From Rotaria sp. (Eukaryota): DNA of 24,919 nucleotides. The notes beneath the pieces were generated by a model, which was not told where the DNA came from, made no database searches, and worked only from the letters and a program-made list of their open reading frames with translations. The translations under genes and the position numbers were made by a program. Positions 1-10,660 of this stretch are shown here, in pieces. The stretch lies in NCBI GenBank assembly GCA_905250055.1, contig CAJNOF010000137.1:89711-114629 (forward strand), written 5' to 3'. The stretch's first letter is position 1. Each line of letters starts with the position of its first letter.

Positions 1-362
1 AGTTACAAGTAAAAGTATGTAAAAAAAAAGAATGTCTAAAAATGAATTGATATTATGTTATCTTGTATTTTCCATGAAAATGATAAAAATGAATCATCTA
101 ATTTTAGATTTCCTAATAAACGTAACAGTACAGGTTAAAACAATTTCATGAAACGATAAGCATCACATTTATGTTCATTTATATATTTTCTTGTTTCTCT
201 CATTAATGCAAATAATTATGACATATTATGCCTTACGAATATGTTCAGTAACAATTTAGACATAGTTCCAGCCGAAAGAACTAGGCTACAATTAGTATAG
301 AATGAGTAAAGATGAGAAGAAAAAGAATCACCCATTTAATGTTGACACCCTAGTCATAACTA

Positions 363-876
363 ATATCCATTTGAAATTAAAAGAGACCGTTAGTGTTGAT
401 CGAATATCTCCATAAAGATAATAGCTAGAGATCTGCGGCTTTTTTTATTCGATAGCCCTCTATGGGGCAAGTAAATTATGTACTAGGAACGAACATTTTC
501 AAACGTGTCTTCATAGAGTTTGAGGGCTTTTTTTCCGAAAAAAATCGAAACACTGAGGGTGTTAAAGAGGTGGATTTAGACCCCTAATTATTGCAAACAG
601 TAGGCTAGACTATTGTCTTCATTCAAAAAAAAAGCCGCGCTTTTCTACGATGTTCTGTTAGAAAACGCCAGCATCTCTCGTGAAACCCCCAAAAAGCCTT
701 ATTTTGCCTTCAGGAACATGAAATATTTCATCCAGCAAGCATTTCAGATGATTATTTCTGACTTTTCAAGCACGAGAGTTTCGTTAAAGATATTCTTAGC
801 TACTTCATTCCTCAAAATGATATCGATTCAGATAGCCCATTTGTCCTACTGTGATATATCATTGGCTATTTTTCAG
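363..876 (+). repeat. Left long terminal inverted repeat of the 363-3556 element
   Basis: Near-continuous inverted match to 3046-3556. The inner end is ...cattggctatttttcag, against ctgaaaaatagccaatg on the other side. Confidence 0.9.
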
Positions 877-907
877 CAGATAAATCATTTAGTTTTATTT
901 TTTCGAA

Positions 908-2503
908 TTAAATATCATCTTCACTACTAGAGTCCATCGAAAACTCTTCTTCATCCTCGGTATTGGTATCGACAATTTCAGAATCGATCGTTTCTTTCAC
1001 ATATTTGTCGGCTTCTTGACATGTCATTTCCGCCTTGCCAGCATGAGCAATAAAGGCCGTGCAATCGTCTAGTGCTGCGATGTACTCTTGAGAAAGAGTG
1101 CTGATATCGGTCAGCCGAAATGAGGTGTTGTTTCGGCGAACGTAGTTTTTCAGTTGTGACCAGCATAGTTCGATTGGATTCAGTACACAATGCGTGATTG
1201 GAAGGCGGACGATCTCGACGTTGAATTCTGCAGCTGCAACATTAGTCAGGTACTTTTTGAGTGGAAGATGTTGGAACGCCAGCTCGAGTAGTTCAGCATT
1301 TGTGAATGCTGCATCAAATGTAACCCCCTCTGTTATTGAGCCAACCATGAAGTGCTGACTTTCGCCAAAGTTGTTTCGGTGGTATTGAATCGTCCGTCAA
1401 TTGGTTGTGCCAAGTTGCATTGTCAATCACGATCGCTATTCAAGCTCGTGGTCTGTGTTTCAAGCGCAATTGCGAGACAGTGACCGAAACCCATTCAATA
1501 AAATGGCTTGAATTTTAGATCGTTTGTCAAGAGAATCGTTTTCGATTGCAAAGGAAGTGTCTTTAACTCACCATTGTATGATCAACGTAGCATGTGAACA
1601 TATCTACGCTCTCCTATGGAAACCTTCTTCGTTGATCATTGCTGAGATTACCAACCGCTTTCCCTTGCCATCGTTCTTCCGAAGTCGTCCTTGTCCTACC
1701 TCTTTAACCCAAATTGAGCGCTTCTCTTTCCCAACATTGCACCATGTTTCATCATGATAATAAATGAATGCCTGATTCCTTCGAAGATCATCAAGACGAC
1801 GAAAATAGGCCGCTCGCTCAGCAACAAACGATACTGAGTCGAGTGGAATAGTCACTTTGTTCGTTTGCTTGTAACTAAAACCGAGTCGCTTCATCTGTCG
1901 CCAAAGACTCGTTTCGAATTTGATAGGAAAATCGAGATGCTCCGTCAAAAGGCTTGCTAGAAGACTGCGGACAGTTGGGTAGCGTCGCTCAGCCTTTGAA
2001 ATGAAGTGCATAGGATGAAATAAGTATCATTGCTTACTCTTATCAGAATCAAATGGAAATGATAACGAATAGCATCTCCACCAACTTCACTAAGAACAAC
2101 TCGTTGCCGTCCGACATTACCTTCCTTCTTTGGTGCGATGGGCATGGGAATATTGGTGCAGGAGGCGGCTAGAGCGAGTTTTCTCGCAGACCAAGTGTTT
2201 TTTGTTTTTCAAAAGCCAGTGGGAGCGGACGCAGAGGCAGACTGGGCTCGGGTACGAATCATGCTGGCTTCGGAAACCATCTATTCATCTTGGCTGCTGT
2301 TCTCCATTCTCTGTTCTTGTCGAAGTTCTTCCAATTCATTTTTCAATCTGTGAACAGAGCTGTAGCTAATTCTCAAGTGAGCCATCACTCGAGCGCTTGT
2401 GTTTGTCAGAGGTATCTTCAGACCATCTCTCGGATTCGATGAAGTCGATCACTCGAAACATGAGCTTCTTTTGTTCGACAGAGAATTTTTCACCTTTAGG
2501 CAT
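908..2503 (-). pseudogene. Tc1/IS630-type transposase pseudogene (frameshifted)
   Basis: Minus-strand pieces: MPKGEKFSVEQKKLMFRVIDFIES (start about 2503), FIYYHDETWCNVGKEKRSIW (first catalytic Asp region), IAIVIDNATWHNQLTD (second Asp, about 1400-1440), PKQLWRKSALHGW, and LNPIELCWSQLKNYVRRNN (Glu region). The pieces lie in different frames. Confidence 0.85.
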
Positions 2504-2735
2504 ATTTGACACGAAAATTTCCAAATGATTGAGAGAATAATAATTCGAGAAAATCTTGTGAAGTTGATTCTTTCAGAAATATTATTGCTTCTGTTGGATA
2601 ATAGCCAATTATAATTGTATCCGATATATTCACATGCTTTACTGTAGAAAATCAGTGACTATATATAGGTCTTGAAATATCAGAGCGTGTTATAGAAAAG
2701 GTCTGAGAGAGAAGAGAGAGAGTACAGACAAGAGA

Positions 2736-2920
2736 ATAGAAGAATACTTGATTTCATGGAAGAATACAGAAGAATATCTGACGTCATGGATGAATACATA
2801 TGACGTAAAGAATGCATGCCGCAATAAACTATATATATATATATATCAAAGTAGAAGAATGCCTGACATCATGGAAGAGTGCATATGATGTAATGAAAGT
2901 ACATGACGTCATAGAAGAAT
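2736..2920. repeat. Imperfect tandem repeat with GAAGAAT...TGACGTCATGGA units, including a (TA)n run
   Basis: Repeated agaagaatacttgatttcatgga / agaagaatatctgacgtcatgga / agaagaatgcctgacatcatgga / acatgacgtcatagaagaat; atatatatatatatat at about 2830-2847. Confidence 0.65.
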
Positions 2921-3045
2921 AAGAAAATCACACCATATAGAAGAACGCACAAAAGTGATAGATGGCATCAGCTGATCCTAACACTTCTGAATAATCTTTC
3001 TATCACATAATCCAGCTTCAATAAATACCATAGTAAAAGACTTCA

Positions 3046-3556
3046 CTGAAAAATAGCCAATGATATGTCACAGTAGGACAAATGGGCTATCTGAATCGAT
3101 ATCATTTTGAGGAATGAAGTAGCTAAGAATATCTCTAATGAAACTCGTGCTTGAAAAGTTAGAAATAATCATCTGAAATGCTTGCTGGATGAAATATTTC
3201 ATGTTCCTGAGGGCAAAATAAAGTTTTTTTGGGGGTTTCACGAGAGATGCTGGCGTTTTCTAACAGAACATCGTAGAAAAGCGCGGCTTTTTATTGAATG
3301 AAGACAACAGTCTAGCCTACTGTTTGCAATAATTAGGGGTCGAAATCCATCTCTTTAACACCCTCCGTGTTTCAATTTTTTTCGAAAAAAAGCCCTCACA
3401 CTCCATGAAGACATGTTTGAAAATTTTCGTTCCTAGCACATAAATGACTTGCCCGATAGAGAGCTATCGAACAAAAAGAAACACAGATCTCTAGCTATGA
3501 TCGTTATGGAGATACTCGATCAACACTAACCGTCTCTTTTAATTTCAAATGGATAT
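3046..3556 (-). repeat. Right long terminal inverted repeat of the 363-3556 element
   Basis: Reverse complement of 363-876 with scattered substitutions. Confidence 0.9.
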
Positions 3557-3808
3557 CAATACCTTTGAAACCAGTGTTTTGTACAAACATTGTTTTTGGT
3601 TCCCATCAAAGATTTGCTCTTTCAGAACCAACTTTAAGTCAGTGAACAATTCTGAATATACAGGGTGGTCCAAAAGTTACCTACCAGTCTTAAATTGCGG
3701 ATAACTTTTGATAGTAACAAGATCTAGACCTGCGGTTTTCACCATTCGAAAGAGCGATGTTCGGACCATCGATCTATATAATATTCACTAAGACGAAAGA
3801 TACTTTTT

Positions 3809-4025
3809 GGTATTCCTATAGCTGGTGTTCCACCGTATATGCAAAATCAACTTTGTAACTGAGATTTTCTCAAAGGAGCAGCACTTTTCTGGTTTTTCTC
3901 GGTAATACAGCACTGTGTGTGGGTGAAGGTAGAGGATTGAAACGGAAAAGTGCTTTTCCATTGAGAAAATCTCAGTTACAAAGTTGATTTTGCATATACG
4001 GTGGAACACCAGCTATAGGAATACC
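3809..4025. repeat. Internal hairpin 1 of the 3661-4478 element
   Basis: ggtattcctatagctggtgttccaccgtatatgcaaaatcaactttgtaactgagattttctca (3809 on) is inverted at 3945-4025. Confidence 0.9.
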
Positions 4026-4033
4026 TATTTTTT

Positions 4034-4331
4034 CATAGGAGCCTTTTAATTGGCATTCTTTTTTTGTGTATTTTCATAAATTTTCACAATAATCTCGTCT
4101 CATATTACACCAAAATGTAGCTCAAATCACCCATTTTTCGCTATAAAATGATCACTTTATGCATTGTTCCGTTGACCTCTTTTCTCAAGTGAGCCTTCGA
4201 AAAATAGTGATACTTGTGTAGCAAAAAATGGGTGATTTGAGCTACATTTTGGCGTAATTTGAGACGAGATTATTGTGAAAATTTATGAAAATACACAAAA
4301 AAAAAAGAATGTCAATTAAAAAACTCCTATG
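4034..4331. repeat. Internal hairpin 2 of the 3661-4478 element
   Basis: cataggagccttttaattggcattctttttttgtgtattttcataaattttcacaataatctcgtct...aaatcaccca is inverted at about 4205-4331. Confidence 0.88.
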
Positions 4332-4886
4332 AAAAGCATCTTTCGTCTTAGTGAATATTATATAGATCGATGGTCCGAACACCGCTCTTTCGAATGGTGA
4401 AAACCGCAGGTCTAGATCTTGTTCCTATCAAAAGGTATTCGCAATTTAAGACTGGTAGGTAACTGTTGGACCATCCTGTATATTTAGAAAGAGCACAAAA
4501 TTTTCATTCTAGCTGACTACTTTTGATTGTCTCCTGCAGCTTAAAAATGAAAGAAAATTGAACATATATTTTGTCCGAAGTCTTTTTATACAGAGGTTAT
4601 AATCTAAAACAATTTAAATGATATTTATTTCCTTTTTTATGAAAAATCAGCAACAACTATTGCAACAAGAATATCTTTTTTACTTTGTTTTAATTGAGCT
4701 AAAAGCTAAATCGCGACTTTCTGAACGTGTTTCGCTCTAATAGAAACTTAAAAAGCTTCAAAAATAATAATTTGTTCAACACATTCAGTTGATTTACCAA
4801 TTGAACCAATATAAACAGATGCTGGACGATGACGACAAAGATATGAACGTGTTAAACATTCCATAACTAGTGTTATTGTTACTGTA

Positions 4887-5002
4887 AGGGTGTGGGTGTG
4901 GTGTGTGGGTGGGTGTGGGTGTGGGGTGTGAGTGTAGGTGTGGTTCTTGTATTCCCTCACATCCACTCATCCACACCCACACCCACACGCACGCACACCC
5001 TT
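4887..5002. repeat. GT-rich/AC-rich inverted module, telomere-like (TGTGGG-like) interstitial repeat
   Basis: agggtgtgggtgtggtgtgtgggtgggtgtgggtgtggggtg...spacer...ccacacccacacccacacgcacgcacaccctt. Confidence 0.75.
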
Positions 5003-5221
5003 TGAAATGCTACGATGTTGTAATTTAAGCATGAGAAGCAGTTGATCTACACTTCTGGTCCTACACTTGAAGCATCTTATCTCAATCAGGTAGACCCATG
5101 AAAATAAATACTTATGGGGTTTCTCTAGTCGCATCAAGTCCTACTTATGGCTCTCTCATAAGGTGTACTATGGATAAAATATAGAAAATCACATCTTACC
5201 TGTAAACTTTACCTTTTTTTA

Positions 5222-6556
5222 AACTGACGAGGGAATATATCCAGGTGTCAAATCGCTTTTGAATCGAGTATATGATCAAACGATAGACCTTAATGAGCTA
5301 TTAAATAACCTATAAGGCTTTGGTTTTTCAAGACTTCTAAGTCGAGATATGAGATTGTTACTATCACGAGTTTTACTATACTACTCTACTAATGTATTCG
5401 ATATCTTGACTAAACATGCTCTACTCTGACTCCTATTTATATCAGTACTACAGAAGTCAGAACTGATCAAGATGCTAGAGTTTCAAGATAAAGAATTCTT
5501 TCGAAACAAGGATATGAATTTGTTTGGTATACTGATTGATTATTAAAAAATAGCATGTTGATTTTACTCAAAAATGCAAGTATAGATTCACCTTCTATTT
5601 GCAGCACACATTCCTTTCATAGTGAGTATGCATGTAGAAATGTCAGCTCAACTGTCGGTGCTTCAGTTAATGAGGATTAGAAGAATAAAATTATGTGATT
5701 TTCATTGTGCGATCGATTTCCAATAACATATTTATTAATTAAAATAGAATCGACAAAAACGAAGAGAATAGAGTAAGTCAGTGAATCAGTCAACTTGACA
5801 GTTGTTGAAAAAATGTTCCATATATATAATATAAGCATAATAACTGCACCGAATGAACACCAATGAGAGAGAATCAGACATATCCTATTTGCAATATTAG
5901 AAGCTATTATATATTCATCACAACTATGTGCTCCTCTAGTCACTCCTTCTTTCACTTTATATACCATTCTCTTTTGAGTTACATGAGAAGCCAATTATCT
6001 CTCTCTTTGTCGATTTCGACCATCAGTGACTCTATGCAAAGAACTTATTCAAACAAAATAAAATTTTTTCATGTTGAAAAGTATACGAATTTATTCTACC
6101 TTTTATTATTAACTGAGGCACCGACATTTGAGCTGATATTTTTACATGCATGCTCACTATGAAATGAATGTGTGTTGCAAATAGAAGACGAATCTATACT
6201 TGCATCTTTGAGTAAAATCACATGCTATTTTTTCAAAATCAATCAGTATACCAAACAAATTCATATCTTTGTTTCGAAAGAATCTTTTATCTTGAAACTC
6301 TAGGATCTTGATCGGTTCTGACTGCTGTAGTACTGATGTAAATTAGAGTTGGATTGGAGTATGTTTAGTCAAGATATCGAATACATTAGTAGAGTAGTAT
6401 AGCAAAACTAGTAATAGTAACAATCTTATATTTCGGCTTAGGAGGCTTGAACAACCATACCCTTGTAGGTTATTTAATAGCTCATGAAGGTCTATTGTTT
6501 GAGCCTATACTCTATTCAAAAGCGATTCGACATCTGGATATGTTTCCTCGTAAGTT
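5222..6556. mobile_element. Large foldback element with ~465 bp arms and ~400 bp non-coding spacer
   Basis: Left arm about 5222-5691 (aactgacgagggaatatatccaggtgtcaaatcgcttttgaat...) mirrors right arm about 6089-6556 (...attcaaaagcgattcgacatctggatatgtttcctcgtaagtt). The inner end is tgtcggtgcttcagttaatga against ttaactgaggcaccgaca. Confidence 0.82.
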
Positions 6557-7661
6557 GTAATTACAAACAAGCAAGATGGTCTCACGATTAGGACCAACAC
6601 TTTTCCGTTGGGAGTGATATATGTATTTTATGGTCATGTAAGACTTACGTCAAATGTCACATTCTCATGATTCATGTGTTCTAAACGTTTATGCACACAT
6701 TATTGAGTAAGGATTATTTTGATATTTGCTCTTACAACTATAATAGTAAAATTAATCCTTTTTTCATAAATAACAAGGTTATCGAACGCATAAACGTGCA
6801 GAATAGACAAAGTATTAGTGAGTTAAACAGGTCGTGCAAGATGTTTCGTGCGCATTGACCCCTTCTAGAGAATTATATCGCATTTTTACTAATGCATGTA
6901 TTACTAAACACAACACTATAGTCAAACGTTTTTTCTAATCAGGACCAGGATCAAAAACAATTGATCTCATACATCACTAATTGTAATTTGTTTCTAGTTA
7001 AGGCTATAAGCTTTTCGAGGATTATTTTCCTATTGTTGAACAAAATTTCTAAGATCATATTCGAAAAGATCACCATCCTAACTCATGGCTTTTGACTCAT
7101 TGAAAATGCGTCAAAAATGAACAAAAATCTTGTGAAAAAGTTATTTTAATCAGATGACAAAATTACGAATATCTTTTATCATAAGCTATACAACTTAACG
7201 TTATTTGAATAGATCTACAATCATGTAAAACATTTAATAAAGTATAAATCTGATTTTTTTGAAAAACATTTTCTCGTAAAAAAAGAAGATCTACGTATTT
7301 TATAAAATGAAAAACTAACTGACTCTAAATATATATTCCGAGTAAAACATCATCAATCATTTGATCCGAAATAGCATCGATAAATAATAATGTCGACATT
7401 ATAACCTACGTCAACTAGTGTAACTGCGATATGACACATATGTTACATTAAAACTTCTTCAAGGTCTTTGTATTACTCATATCTTTTTCTCTCGTTCGTT
7501 AGTCATAGATCAATATTGTTATTATCATATTTGTGTATGGGATTCACAAAAAAAAAGAAATTCATGGTATCCCTATGTAAATGCTGATGAGTAAAAATAA
7601 AAGTGATAAAAAAAAACTGTGCACCAAAAAAAGAAAAAAAATAAAGAGATAATTGATTCTA

Positions 7662-8445
7662 ATGTCCGTCCAGAAAGTCCGTGCGTGTGACTATTTTTTG
7701 AATAATTTTTGATAGGAACAAGATACAGACTTGCGGTTTTCGGCGTTCGACAGCCAAGGCAAAGAGGCATCTTTTCACTATGAAAAGCGTTTCTGAGGAA
7801 CAATTTCGAAGTCAGTTTATCACAGGATCTTTGAAAAGTTAGATTGGATTTCTCGAAACTTGCATGGAGACCTATTGATATTTTTACATATTTGGAATCT
7901 CCACTAAAAACTGACCCAACTCATCTATGTTTCGAATCGTTTCGCGACACGTTTTTTCCATCGAAAACCTCTGCCCTAGGAACCCGTCTATAAATAAAGT
8001 TAGTCAAAAGATCACTTGGACAGTGGAAAGCAACTTCCGAAGTTGTAAAATGCTACTATAACACAAAATGGCGCAAGATTAAATGATAGAAACGGCGTTT
8101 TGACGAACTTTATTTATTGACGGGTTCCTAGGGCAGAAGTTTTCGATGGAAAAAAAGTGTCGCGAAACGATTCAAAACATATATGAGTTGACTCAGTTTT
8201 TAGTGGAGATTCCAAATATGTAAAAATATCAATAGGTCTCCATGCAAGTTTTGAGAAATCCAATCTAACTTCTCAAAGATCTTGTGATAAACTGACTTCG
8301 AAATTGTTCCTCAGAAACGCTTTTCATAGTGATAAGATGCCTCTTTGCCTTGGCTATCGAACACCGAAAACCGCAGGTCTGTATCTTGTTCCTATCAAAA
8401 ATTATTCAAAAAATAGTCACACGCACGGACTTTTTGGACGGACAT
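7662..8445. mobile_element. Foldback/MITE-like element with ~348 bp arms, ~88 bp loop and TA flanks
   Basis: atgtccgtccagaaagtccgtgcgtgtgactatttttt at 7662 mirrors aaaaaatagtcacacgcacggactttttggacggacat at 8445. TA dinucleotides flank it at 7660-7661 and 8446-8447. Inner arms are aacccgtctataaataaagtt against aactttatttattgacgggtt. Confidence 0.9.
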
Positions 8446-9098
8446 TAGATAGAGTTACATTTGTCTATAGTAAAATACGATTTCATTAATGTTGTGTACA
8501 AAGAAGAACTATTCGATATTGAAACTCAATATATGAAGATAAGTAACATAGTATGTTGTTCTTTCTCACATTGTGAATATGTCTATTCTGATCAAGTAAT
8601 CATATATGCCCGTTCAATTGATTACTATTTCTCGTTTCAATGAATCAATGTGAACGAATAGACATACTTCTTTTATAATTCTTTATAATATTGTATTTCG
8701 TTTTCCTTGTTGTTTTTTTGTTTTCTATGACGCATCTGATCAAACCATTCTATTTAGAGAATATTTTCTCAAGGGAAAATGTTTTCTTCAACGTAATTAT
8801 TACAATCTCAACTGTTAAATATAGAAACGTTAGACAATAATTTGAAATTAAGTTCTCTTGACTTGAAGTTATATCTTTATGATCTATTTTCAAAGTAACA
8901 TTTGTTTTCTAATCTCAATTGCACAAATTTATATATTTTAGACTGAAAATTATTACCTAAAACAATCCTTAACATTTCTTTTTGCGCCTTCTGTCTTATC
9001 ATGTTACGTCTCGGATACTAATGGCAATAAACTGCGAAAGAATATACAAATATGTTTTGCGTTGCCAATAAACATATATCCACACACTTTATACTTAT

Positions 9099-10660
9099 TG
9101 CACTCGTTTCGATGACGAACCCATTCTATTTCTCCGCATATGGTGTTATTTTGTATCTTTATAAGAAAGAGAGTTAATCTATTTTTCTTTTCTTTGGTTA
9201 TTAACCGACATACAAATGTTACTCTTTCCATTACACATTTAAAATGAGTTGTTCCAAATCGAACGATTCATTTCTTTTTCTCTCTCTCATATTCTTTTTT
9301 TTTCTTACTTTATTCTATCTAAATTGAAGAGAGAAAACTGATCAAACTATTTTTCAAATATAATTCAACATCAGTTTTATATTCTAGATTAAATTTTTTT
9401 TAAAATACTTCACTGAAAATTATCATGGCTGCTCTTCGAATTTTTCCATTTATTGGTGCACTTATTGCTATAGCTGCTGTTGTATTAGCAGTTATTGGTA
9501 TTGCAACTAACTATTGGTTTTTTACTGCTTTTAATACCCATGCAGGTAAATGATTTAAAATAAAACTAGTGTTTTAATTTGACAAAAAACTTTGTTTTTC
9601 GATAGGTCTTTGGGAAAGATGTGACGGTGGGATTTGTATACGAATAAATGGTGGACGACCAGCAGCTCTGGCTATTGTGGTACATATAAAATCTTGTTTT
9701 ATTACTGATTTGATTTTTTCTTTTTAGGCTATCATTGCCATTTGTATTGCAGCTATTTTGGCTATATTCAGTGGTTTTTCAAGAAATAAATCAGATGCAA
9801 ACAATAGTGTAGCACGTCTTTGTGGTATTATATCGGTTATATTACTTTTTTCAAGTGGTATTCTCATTGCTATATCACTTTATCTATATTTTGGTGCCAA
9901 ATATGCTACAGGATACTCATTTACTCTCATGGCTATTGCACAATTTTTAAGTTTTCTTGCTGCTATGCTTGTTGCTCATTGGATGGTAAATAGAAATTAT
10001 TAGATGAAAATAAATATTTCATTTTATTAATTCCTCTTTTTTTGTTCTAGGGACATTCATTCACTGTAATTACTTAAATGAATTGCAAAAGAAAAAACAT
10101 TTATACTGAATGCATTCTATTTGTAAATGCATAAGCTTGAAATGATGATAGCTTACAATGAAATCCTATGTCTTTTTTTCTTAATTATTATATTTAATTC
10201 AGCTGCAATACATTTTCTTTTTTTTAAAATTGTATATGTGTTTGTGTATTGTTCTATTATTTAAAACAGAAAACTGTAATAAATATTATTGGCAATGTTT
10301 TATTTCGAATAAAATGAATTTTATACGAGAAAAGAAGAAATTGATATTGATAAGAAGGAAAAGAAAAAAAGATTGATGTAAGAAAATAAATCCAATGATG
10401 ATAAACTTGCTTTGAATAGTTTGAATTATCTATTTGCTCAACTTAATGCATTTTTCTTTCATGAAAAATGAATCCTTCTTTTGAGAAATGAACTCAGCAT
10501 GCATTGTAATTGTGGAGCGAAAGTTGCTATTGCTGCTTATCAGATAGAATGTTTTCCTAACTAATTGTCAGTTGTCGATTGACACATCTAATCATGTTTC
10601 GATGTTTTCGGGAAAGAATTTTACAGTACAATAAGAAAGATAAACAGAAAGACACGTGAC
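9099..10660 (+). repeat. Copy 1 of a duplicated segment (claudin-like unit plus flanks)
   Basis: gcactcgtttcgatgacgaacccattctat... matches gcacttgtttcgatgatgaacccattctat... at about 16092. Similarity continues through the gene and about 500 bp downstream. Confidence 0.8.
9425..10077 (+). CDS. Claudin/PMP22-superfamily-like four-TM membrane protein, spliced
   Basis: Exon 1 9425-9545, intron 9546-9605, exon 2 9606-9679, intron 9680-9727, exon 3 9728-9985, optional intron 9986-10050, exon 4 10051-10077. If the last intron is retained the stop is at 10003. Translation MAALRIFPFIGALIAIAAVVLAVIGIATNYWFFTAFNTHAGLWERCDGGICIRINGGRPAALAIVAIIAICIAAILAIFSG...; it has an NYW...GLW..C....C pattern and four hydrophobic segments. 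Introns are GT-AG. Confidence 0.78.

Larger units (their letters stand above)
363..3556 (-). mobile_element. Tc1/mariner (IS630 superfamily, DDE_3-like) DNA transposon with very long (~510 bp) terminal inverted repeats, decayed
   Basis: atatccatttgaaattaaaagagaccgttagtgttgatcga... at 363 matches the reverse complement of ...tcgatcaacactaaccgtctcttttaatttcaaatggatat ending at 3556. It encloses a transposase remnant on the minus strand. Confidence 0.9.
3661..4478. mobile_element. Non-autonomous foldback/MITE-like element with two internal hairpins, flanked by TATA
   Basis: cagggtggtccaaaagttacctaccagtctt... at 3661 mirrors ...aagactggtaggtaactgttggaccatcctg at 4478. Outer arms are about 3661-3803 and 4338-4478. 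TATA occurs at both 3657-3660 and 4479-4482. No coding capacity. Confidence 0.88.

Noticed and set aside
613-930. 105-aa plus-strand ORF
   Set aside because: Lies mostly within the left TIR of the transposon with no recognisable domain.
3788-4009. 73-aa minus-strand ORF
   Set aside because: Lies inside hairpin 1 of the foldback element; no protein signature.
4748-4988. Minus-strand ORFs with HTHTPHPHPPTHH / MWVWVWMSG repeats
   Set aside because: Translation of the GT/AC-rich low-complexity array, overlapping in two frames. No independent coding evidence.
363-8445. Inverted repeats considered as CRISPR or prokaryotic IS
   Set aside because: No short direct repeats with regular spacers. Spliced genes and TA/TATA-flanked foldbacks point to eukaryotic nuclear DNA.
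7573-8489. ORFs MFLRNAFHSEKMPLCLGCRTPKT (7573-7803) and MFLRNAFHSDKMPLCLGYRTPKT (8304-8489)
   Set aside because: Both arise from the inverted arms of the foldback element at 7662-8445. The similarity is structural, not evidence of a gene family.
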